Virus record (IMG/VR): IMGVR_UViG_3300040807_002454
Location: 1 to 53,386 of that record
Strand: one strand, 5' to 3'
Length of the DNA stretch: 53,386 nucleotides
DNA from: a virus
Taxonomy: Duplodnaviria > Caudoviricetes
The position numbers were made by a program, and so were the translations under genes. Position 1 is the first letter of the stretch; every line of letters begins with the position of its first letter. The notes beneath the pieces are model-generated. The model saw nothing but the letters and a program-made list of their open reading frames with translations. It did not search any database and was not told the DNA's origin. Shown here in pieces: positions 47,111 to 53,386 of this stretch.

Positions 47111-48712
47111 ATGTGTAATTGCACTAAAACTATAGAATGTACTACCTGTAATGAATGTACTACATGTTGTACATGTCCAGATACTATCTCTACTACAGCT
47201 ATACCGTTAGATGGATGTGAGGTAGTGGAGTATTGTTCTGATGGATGTGTAGAACTTGTTCAAGATGAATGTGTAGTAACTAGGTGTGGCACGTTAGAAG
47301 AAGTTATAGATGAGTTATTTGATGAGGATTGTAATGCTATTCCAGGATGTAGAACGTTTGGAGAAGCTCCTGTTATAAATGTCTGCCAAAATGAAGAAGC
47401 AGATGTTATGCAGATTTGGTTAGATAGTAACCCTACTCTTACAGAAGGTATTGTTCATCCTATCTTAACGCCAGAGTTTGTAGGTTCAGATGTATTCACG
47501 CCTACTATAGTAGGTACATATCTATTTCAATTTAGTCAGTTTGACCCTTGTTTTAATGGGCAATTGATTACCTTAAATGTTGTAGATTGTGTGGGATTAT
47601 GTCCTGAATCTATTACTATAGCAAATGCTTACAATAGTCAGACTGATATATTTGACTTTACATTAACGTCTCCATTTCCAGAAGATTCTATTTATAGAAT
47701 TAAAGTTACTTTACCTGATACTACTTTAGTAGCAGAAATAGAAACAAGTCCTGGAGATATTACACTAGTAGGAAATCAAATAGATGCTACAAATTGGAAT
47801 AATTTTGATCAGTATTTATCTGCTATTGTTTTAAATGCTGCTAATCTTAATATGGGAATTAGCTTTACGTTTGACAAAGAACAATGGGCTATAGATAATG
47901 GATACACATACAATTCCAATGAAAACACAGATGCTACACAATTAATCTTTGAATTTTCAATTGAGAAACCTAACTGTGATGTAGAGACCGGCACTACTAC
48001 TGTAAACAGAGTAGTTGGAGCTATGTTAGGAGCTGCTTATCCATTATACGATAATGGAACAACGCCAGGTATTTTGAGGTATGTATTACAGACAGGAAAT
48101 ACACTTGTATCTCCAGTTTTTGCAACACATACTGTAAGTGTAGCAACTGAAATACCAGCTACAGCAATTCCTTTAACTACTACTACTGTTACGCCTACCC
48201 AAATAGAAACTACTTATACAGTAGCTCCTTTTGGAACTGTACCTACTACTTTAAATAGATATGATTTAAATGGTACTACAGATTTAGGACATGCCTTTAC
48301 ATCTAGAGGATTTGAAGCATCTGGTTATGACTTTACTATATTACATTTAATAGATAGCTTTACAAAACAGGAAGAAGCTGCTAATTATAATATTGACTTA
48401 TTATTCAGATGCTATTTCCAAGAAGCTCATTGGGATGAAACTACTATAGAAGCTAAGACTCATTTTAATTCAATAGGAGGCATTCCAATAACTACACCTC
48501 TCACACTTACAGTATCAGGATCTACATCAGTCGCATCTACACATATATATGATGCAGTAGAACCTGCCACTTTAGCAGTAGGTACTTATCAATTATATAG
48601 TTCTTTCCTTTGTGACTTTAACTATGATAATGGAGTAGATGGCCCAGAAGGGGCTACAGTACAGAAAACTGCCTTCCAGTTTAGTGAACTGGAATTAAAT
48701 TATATTTACTAA
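47111..48712 (+). CDS. putative fibre/decoration protein with Cys-rich N-terminus
   Basis: Dense Cys in the first ~165 aa, then a Thr-rich beta-type region. Confidence 0.55.
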   Translation: MCNCTKTIECTTCNECTTCCTCPDTISTTAIPLDGCEVVEYCSDGCVELVQDECVVTRCGTLEEVIDELFDEDCNAIPGCRTFGEAPVINVCQNEEADVMQIWLDSNPTLTEGIVHPILTPEFVGSDVFTPTIVGTYLFQFSQFDPCFNGQLITLNVVDCVGLCPESITIANAYNSQTDIFDFTLTSPFPEDSIYRIKVTLPDTTLVAEIETSPGDITLVGNQIDATNWNNFDQYLSAIVLNAANLNMGISFTFDKEQWAIDNGYTYNSNENTDATQLIFEFSIEKPNCDVETGTTTVNRVVGAMLGAAYPLYDNGTTPGILRYVLQTGNTLVSPVFATHTVSVATEIPATAIPLTTTTVTPTQIETTYTVAPFGTVPTTLNRYDLNGTTDLGHAFTSRGFEASGYDFTILHLIDSFTKQEEAANYNIDLLFRCYFQEAHWDETTIEAKTHFNSIGGIPITTPLTLTVSGSTSVASTHIYDAVEPATLAVGTYQLYSSFLCDFNYDNGVDGPEGATVQKTAFQFSELELNYIY

Positions 48713-48715
48713 TTT

Positions 48716-48746
48716 TTTGAAATATTAATTTTTAATTCTATCTTTA
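48716..48746 (+). promoter_or_regulatory. Bacteroidota-type promoter of the tRNA cassette
   Basis: TTTG (48716-48719), 19-nt spacer, TATCTTTA (48739-48746; one mismatch to TAnnTTTG). Confidence 0.6.
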
Positions 48747-48750
48747 TATT

Positions 48751-48804
48751 GTGAAACTAAGACTTACATACCAGCATAGTTCTTTATCGTGGTCAAACAC
48801 GTAA
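48751..48804 (+). CDS. putative 17-aa leader peptide MKLRLTYQHSSLSWSNT
   Basis: GTG AAA CTA AGA CTT ACA TAC CAG CAT AGT TCT TTA TCG TGG TCA AAC ACG TAA; the stop lies in attenuator segment 2. Confidence 0.6.
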   Translation: MKLRLTYQHSSLSWSNT

Positions 48805-48873
48805 GGGATTTGGTATGTTATATTTACAATACTATAAAGTCCCTTACGATTAATTTTGTAAGGGGCTTTTTTT
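48766..48873 (+). promoter_or_regulatory. transcription attenuator (1:2 protector, 2:3 antiterminator, 3:4 terminator)
   Basis: 1:2 = 48766-48818. 2:3 = 48800-48811 with 48837-48848. 3:4 = 48836-48849 with 48856-48869, plus T7. Confidence 0.75.
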
Positions 48874-48874
48874 A

Positions 48875-48947
48875 TTCCAAAGTAGTTTAATTGGTAAAAC
48901 ATCTGTTTGTGGAGCAGAAGTAAGTAGTTCAAATCTACTCTTTGGAA
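48875..48947 (+). tRNA. tRNA-His(GTG) with T-1:A73, no encoded CCA
   Basis: (T)TCCAAAG/CTTTGGA(A), D GTTT/AAAC, TCTGT-TTGTGGA-GCAGA, AGTAG-TTCAAAT-CTACT. Confidence 0.9.
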
Positions 48948-49000
48948 CATTAGGACTAATACATAGAGAGTACACTTTTCTTTTTACTAAATACTAAAAA

Positions 49001-49234
49001 ATGAGACAATTTATTACAGATTTAAAAACAGGAAGAAAATTCATTGTAGAGCCTATTTCTGAACATGCATATAGAAATGCAGATTGGAATAATGGTTTAA
49101 AAGAATCAGATAAACCAAAAGGAGGAGCAATTCATCCTGACGATTCTATTATTACAGAAAAGACCTGTAAAAATATTACTATGACTGATGGAAGTCCTTA
49201 TTCAGTAATTGAAAAATTATTAAAATCTACTTAA
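49001..49234 (+). CDS. small protein inside the tRNA cassette
   Basis: TGRKFIVEPI...W...GAI...DSIITE...KNI....GSP...IE; function unknown. Confidence 0.7.
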   Translation: MRQFITDLKTGRKFIVEPISEHAYRNADWNNGLKESDKPKGGAIHPDDSIITEKTCKNITMTDGSPYSVIEKLLKST

Positions 49235-49261
49235 AGACACTTATATTGGAAAGATTTTAAT

Positions 49262-49344
49262 AGAGAGTAAACTTACAAGGTGTAAGAACATCCTGCTAAG
49301 ATGATTGTAGGTAAAACTATGGGATTCGAGTTCTCTGCTCTCTG
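49262..49344 (+). tRNA. tRNA-Ser(GCT), no encoded CCA
   Basis: AGAGAGT/GCTCTCT + G73, CATC-CTGCTAA-GATG, long variable arm, TTCGAGT T loop. Confidence 0.85.
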
Positions 49345-49350
49345 CAAATT

Positions 49351-49424
49351 GGCTCATCAGCAAGTGGGGTTGCAAACTGATTCCAAACCAGTTGTTTTAG
49401 GAAGTTCGATTCTTCCGTGAGTCG
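49351..49424 (+). tRNA. tRNA-Trp(CCA), no encoded CCA end
   Basis: GGCTCAT/GTGAGTC + G73, ACTGA-TTCCAAA-CCAGT (one mismatch), GGAAG-TTCGATT-CTTCC. Confidence 0.8.
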
Positions 49425-49442
49425 CATATACTCTAATATTTG

Positions 49443-49480
49443 ATAAGGAATAACATTAATTTGTTATTCCTTATTTTTTT
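49443..49480 (+). terminator. intrinsic terminator closing the tRNA cassette
   Basis: 13-bp stem ATAAGGAATAACA/TGTTATTCCTTAT followed by a T tract. Confidence 0.8.
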
Positions 49481-49531
49481 GCGTATCTTATCTATAGAGT
49501 TTTCCAGTAAAAAGTAATAATAAATATTATT

Positions 49532-49954
49532 ATGAATAGACCTTCTACAAAATATACCTTCTTAGCAGATAAAGAATACCCGAGTAATTTTAAGATTTTA
49601 AGAGAATTTGCTAAAGAAGTAGTAAAAGAATTAAGAGCTAATCCTGATGGCGTTCAACTTCCATTAGGGTTTGTTCAGATAGTACGTAGACTGCGTTCTT
49701 CTAATAATGCCACAGTAAAGAAGAAGTATGGTAAGTCTTATAAATTTACTAATGATAATACAGATGGTGCTATCATAACTACTAGAGCTTGGTTTGTAAC
49801 TAATGCATATAACCATGCTAGAGACAAAAGTAATGGTAAATATTATTCTGCGGCTTTTATTAGGCTTTTTAAAGTAGAGTGGTATAAACCTTTAAAGAAA
49901 GTTCAATATGATATTGCTCAAACTATGGAATACTTAAACTACAGAATATTTTAA
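49532..49954 (+). CDS. IHF-like protein of the tail module
   Basis: NPDGVQLP.LG.V.I and FTN..TDG motifs; position before the tail tube genes. Confidence 0.55.
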   Translation: MNRPSTKYTFLADKEYPSNFKILREFAKEVVKELRANPDGVQLPLGFVQIVRRLRSSNNATVKKKYGKSYKFTNDNTDGAIITTRAWFVTNAYNHARDKSNGKYYSAAFIRLFKVEWYKPLKKVQYDIAQTMEYLNYRIF

Positions 49955-49957
49955 ATT

Positions 49958-50551
49958 ATGACTATAGGCACTGCTATTTCTAGAGTAAGGAATGGAATTA
50001 AAGAAGTAAGTAGAGATTCTTATTATACCAATAGATTATTGTGGAATACATTATTAACTAATTATATTAGATTCTTAAATCAAAAGCCTAATATACACAG
50101 TTTAGATGTATTTACTACTATAGATGTAGATACAGAGTCGGTAAATTTGTTAGAGAATACTTGTGTACCTTTAGATTGTTGGGGCTGTAGAATTAAAGTA
50201 GAAGATGTTTTAGAGACAAAACATGGTATGGTATTTAGATACATTACAACTCCAGATAGATCTATTCCGTTTAAATTAGTAAGTCCTAAACTATTTACAA
50301 AAAAAGCGGATAAAACTAAAGGGAATACACATTATGCATTTCTAGAGGGAGAGTATCTTTATTTTAACAAATGTTATCCTTGTATCAAGATTAGCTACTT
50401 AGCTAAAGATGGTGTTACTACATCGTGTTGCAAGTTAGATAATGCGTTAAATATTCCTGACTATCTATTAGATATAAGTATTAAAGGCGCTATTCAAGAT
50501 TTAGCTCCTAGTTTACAGAAACCAGTAGATAGAACATCTGATAAAAATTAA
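49958..50551 (+). CDS. tail ring protein
   Basis: MTIG.AISRVRN.IK....D...TNR; Y.F....YLYF. Confidence 0.6.
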   Translation: MTIGTAISRVRNGIKEVSRDSYYTNRLLWNTLLTNYIRFLNQKPNIHSLDVFTTIDVDTESVNLLENTCVPLDCWGCRIKVEDVLETKHGMVFRYITTPDRSIPFKLVSPKLFTKKADKTKGNTHYAFLEGEYLYFNKCYPCIKISYLAKDGVTTSCCKLDNALNIPDYLLDISIKGAIQDLAPSLQKPVDRTSDKN

Positions 50552-50553
50552 GT

Positions 50554-51471
50554 ATGAAGACTATACTAGTATCCACTATAATTGATAAGGTTAAAGAGAA
50601 ATTATCTGTATATTTTGAAAATGACAGTATAGATGATGCTATTCTTTATAATAAGTTTGACAATTTAAAATCTAATTTCAGGCTAAATGATTACATTTTA
50701 ACCTCTGATGTTTTAGTAGTTGAAAACTCTCAAGCTACATTACCTGAGGATTTTTATAAAGCATGTTTAATTTTAGGCTGTTATGAATATACAGTAGATG
50801 AAGGATATACAGGTACTTGGACAGTAGATGAGGAGAAAATAGATATATGTGAATATAGCTGTAATGTCAATGCATGTAAGGATGAATGTGGAAATTTGAT
50901 TAACTTAGTGCAAAAATTCAATAGATATGCTCCTAGAGTGTATCAAAAATTTGATTTATTAAGTTTAGGTCAAAATATGACTAATTTTTGCAGTGATATT
51001 TGTATAAATAATTCTTCTAAAAGTGGTAATACTATTACTATTAATCATGGTAAAATTACAACAGAATTTGAAGAAGGATTAATTTATGTAGAATATTTTA
51101 AAGATTTAGATATAGGTACAGATTATGAAATACCATATCATCCAAAAGTAGTACAATGGTTGGAAAGTGAATTTATCTTAGAGATATTTGAAACATTATA
51201 TTACAATGGACTTGAAAATATTGTACAACGATATCAAAATGCAAAAGTAAATGCTAATAGAGATTACTGGTCAGCTAAATCAATATTAAAAACTCCAGAG
51301 TTTACTGAGTTATATGGTATTTCAAACGCATTGATAGAACGATATAATAGAATAAGATATAATATTTGGGACGACACTATTCATAGTAAGAGTTATTACT
51401 TATATAATTCAGAAGTGGCTAATTCTCCTAATAGTACTATAGCACCAATAAATAAGAGTTGGAATGGATAA
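50554..51471 (+). CDS. tail tubular protein
   Basis: VEN..A.LP.DF, I.T.FEEG.IY.EY, EIP.HP; synteny. Confidence 0.65.
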   Translation: MKTILVSTIIDKVKEKLSVYFENDSIDDAILYNKFDNLKSNFRLNDYILTSDVLVVENSQATLPEDFYKACLILGCYEYTVDEGYTGTWTVDEEKIDICEYSCNVNACKDECGNLINLVQKFNRYAPRVYQKFDLLSLGQNMTNFCSDICINNSSKSGNTITINHGKITTEFEEGLIYVEYFKDLDIGTDYEIPYHPKVVQWLESEFILEIFETLYYNGLENIVQRYQNAKVNANRDYWSAKSILKTPEFTELYGISNALIERYNRIRYNIWDDTIHSKSYYLYNSEVANSPNSTIAPINKSWNG

Positions 51472-53386
51472 GACGTTAAATAATGATTTACATCCTTTAT
51501 TTCTAAATAAAGGCAGTATGATATATTTGCTTAATGGCGATATATCTAGTCATGATGCGGCTGAACAGACAGGATTTGTTCAGAATACCTTATCTAATGA
51601 ATTATGCTATAGATTCACTAAAGAGTTTATGGGCGCTATACCTCTGGATGGTACTGATGTAGTATTATTTGAAGGTACTGGTGATGATTCCAAAATTATT
51701 CTACTAAATACAGAGACGTGTAAATTTAAGCTTATAGCAAAAGATCCATGTCTTAATTTTCAGGCAACTATAAAAGGCAAGTATAGGAAGACTAGTGAAG
51801 GTCGAGTAATTTATTTTGGGAATAAAAATAGATTTAATTTTCTTAATATCGACTGTCCTCCAAAGAAAAGAAAAAATGACTGTCAAGAATGTTTAGATGA
51901 ATATGAGAACTGTATAGATTGTGATGCATTAAATATCAATCGACATATTAATATACCTTGTGTAGAGTTATCTGAAATATCAGGTAATATGCCTAATGGG
52001 TCATATCAGTTTGCTATAGGCTTTTCTGATGAAAAGTCTACACAGACAGAGTATTTTATATTACCTCAAGTAATTAAATTATTTGATAAGGACAATAGAC
52101 CTGGAGGTATTAATATATCTTTTAACGAATGCTTTACTACGTATTTTGATGAGTTTGAATTAGTACTTATTGCAAATAGAGATTCAGGACAAACATATCA
52201 ACGTCTAGAATATTTAAATACCTCTGTAAAATCTTATGCGGTTACAGAACTAGACTCTCCTAAATATACACCTTTAGATATACAAACGTTATTATCTAGG
52301 GGCTCTTATTATCAAGGCTTTAAGTTTATAGCTGAAAATAATGAATCATTAATTCTAGGGGCTCCATGTACACGAAAGTCTTTTGATTATAGAAGTTTAG
52401 CTAATCAAATAGAGATAGAGCCTGTTATAATGTCTGTACGAAAAGAAGATGCTCATCTTTATCCATCATTATTAAGGGATGAAGTATATCCATTTGATAT
52501 AGAGTGGGTATATCCTGATGGACAGACTTCCCATAAAACGCATATTCCAAACATAGTTTCGGATGTATTTGATATTTATGGAACGTCTTTTAATGCTACA
52601 GTACTAGCACCAGATAATTTAGATCATTACGAACGAAATTCTATAGAATGTAATACTGACTTTAAAAAAGTATTTGAAATCTACAATAATGGTACTATAA
52701 CCTTTAATACAGATAACTGTGCAGATTGTACTATTATAGAAGTAGGTACAGGAACTATGTCTTATTGGGAAAGTCAGGAAGTATATCCTGATGATTATCC
52801 TGATTTAGGCTGTACGCCTATTAAGTACCATAAGATGCCAGATGACTGTATAGCTCCTATTATAGAGAATGGATGTGTAAATATCCTTACTATTCGAGCA
52901 AAGAATGTACAACCTCCTTTAGATTGTGATGGTAATGAGATACCTATGCTAGGGTATAGAATATTAGTAGGAGATAGAACTAATCATAAATCTATTTTAC
53001 ATAAGGGGTTAGTATACAATATGGGGGTTCATGAAACAGATTGTGAAAACATCTTATATCCTAACTTTCCATTTAATGACTTAAACAAAAATAAATTTTT
53101 AGCTACTCAATGGGAGCGAGGTTTATTTAATACTAAATCTACTTTAGATACGTATTCAGATAATCAGTTTACCTATCATTCGCCTGATATTCATTATGTA
53201 AAAGGCCAACAAGGAGAAGTATTAAAAATATACACAGAAGCAATTGGAAAGACTCAAGGTATTTATCATTATACTGAAGATTATCCTAAGTTTCAGATTC
53301 TATCTTCCTTTGGAAACTTAATAACTCAAATAGCAGGCTTTGTAGAAGCTACTATATTATTAAATGGAGAAGAATGTGAAACAGTA
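51464..53386 (+). CDS. tail stabilization/muzzle protein (partial, runs off window)
   Basis: Not in ORF track; ATG 51464 MDKTLNNDLHP...NG...QN..SNELC, CLNF, G.YQFAI, LLRDEVYPF.I, YWES.E.YP, YHKMPD. Confidence 0.75.
   Translation, partial: MDKTLNNDLHPLFLNKGSMIYLLNGDISSHDAAEQTGFVQNTLSNELCYRFTKEFMGAIPLDGTDVVLFEGTGDDSKIILLNTETCKFKLIAKDPCLNFQATIKGKYRKTSEGRVIYFGNKNRFNFLNIDCPPKKRKNDCQECLDEYENCIDCDALNINRHINIPCVELSEISGNMPNGSYQFAIGFSDEKSTQTEYFILPQVIKLFDKDNRPGGINISFNECFTTYFDEFELVLIANRDSGQTYQRLEYLNTSVKSYAVTELDSPKYTPLDIQTLLSRGSYYQGFKFIAENNESLILGAPCTRKSFDYRSLANQIEIEPVIMSVRKEDAHLYPSLLRDEVYPFDIEWVYPDGQTSHKTHIPNIVSDVFDIYGTSFNATVLAPDNLDHYERNSIECNTDFKKVFEIYNNGTITFNTDNCADCTIIEVGTGTMSYWESQEVYPDDYPDLGCTPIKYHKMPDDCIAPIIENGCVNILTIRAKNVQPPLDCDGNEIPMLGYRILVGDRTNHKSILHKGLVYNMGVHETDCENILYPNFPFNDLNKNKFLATQWERGLFNTKSTLDTYSDNQFTYHSPDIHYVKGQQGEVLKIYTEAIGKTQGIYHYTEDYPKFQILSSFGNLITQIAGFVEATILLNGEECETV

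Noticed and set aside
2158-51886. Short antisense ORFs in the track (e.g. 2158-2472, 22478-22789, 40066-40443, 42328-42672, 48744-48950, 51704-51886)
   Set aside because: They lie opposite well-supported genes or tRNAs and show no motifs; shadow ORFs.
1-53386. Stop-codon reassignment as in some crAss-like phages
   Set aside because: Core genes (polA, terL, portal, MCP) are intact in the standard code, and TAA, TAG and TGA all end genes at sensible boundaries.
1-53386. CRISPR array, DGR/retron reverse transcriptase, integrase, inteins or introns in polA/terL
   Set aside because: No regularly spaced repeats, no RT motif, no recombinase and no splice-junction motifs were seen.

Overview
This is a 53-kb segment of an AT-rich lytic phage genome with Crassvirales (crAss-like) organisation, probably infecting a Bacteroidota host; the standard genetic code fits. 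Positions 1-28.1 kb are minus-strand replication and accessory genes. They include a DnaB-like helicase, an SF2 helicase, a WGR-PARP, PolA, NADAR, an SleB-like hydrolase, a tandem ArsR, an AAA+ ATPase, a CCA-adding enzyme, three tRNAs and several long hairpin-dense non-coding tracts. Positions 28.3-53.4 kb are plus-strand genes: IHF-like proteins, a zinc metalloprotease, a PD-(D/E)XK nuclease, a Tad1-like protein, TerL, portal, major capsid and tail genes. The best candidate new system is a self-contained cassette at 48.7-49.5 kb. It has a Bacteroidota-type promoter, a 17-codon leader peptide containing CAT(His), AGT(Ser) and TGG(Trp), and a classical 1:2 / 2:3 / 3:4 attenuator placed directly before tRNA-His(GTG), tRNA-Ser(GCT) and tRNA-Trp(CCA). 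This looks like a ribosome-stalling sensor that would switch on the matching replacement tRNAs. Also notable are two structurally homologous unknown ncRNAs with a covarying pseudoknot and a tRNA-like RNA next to the CCA-adding enzyme gene. All family assignments are by eye from motifs and synteny; no searches or folding programs were run.
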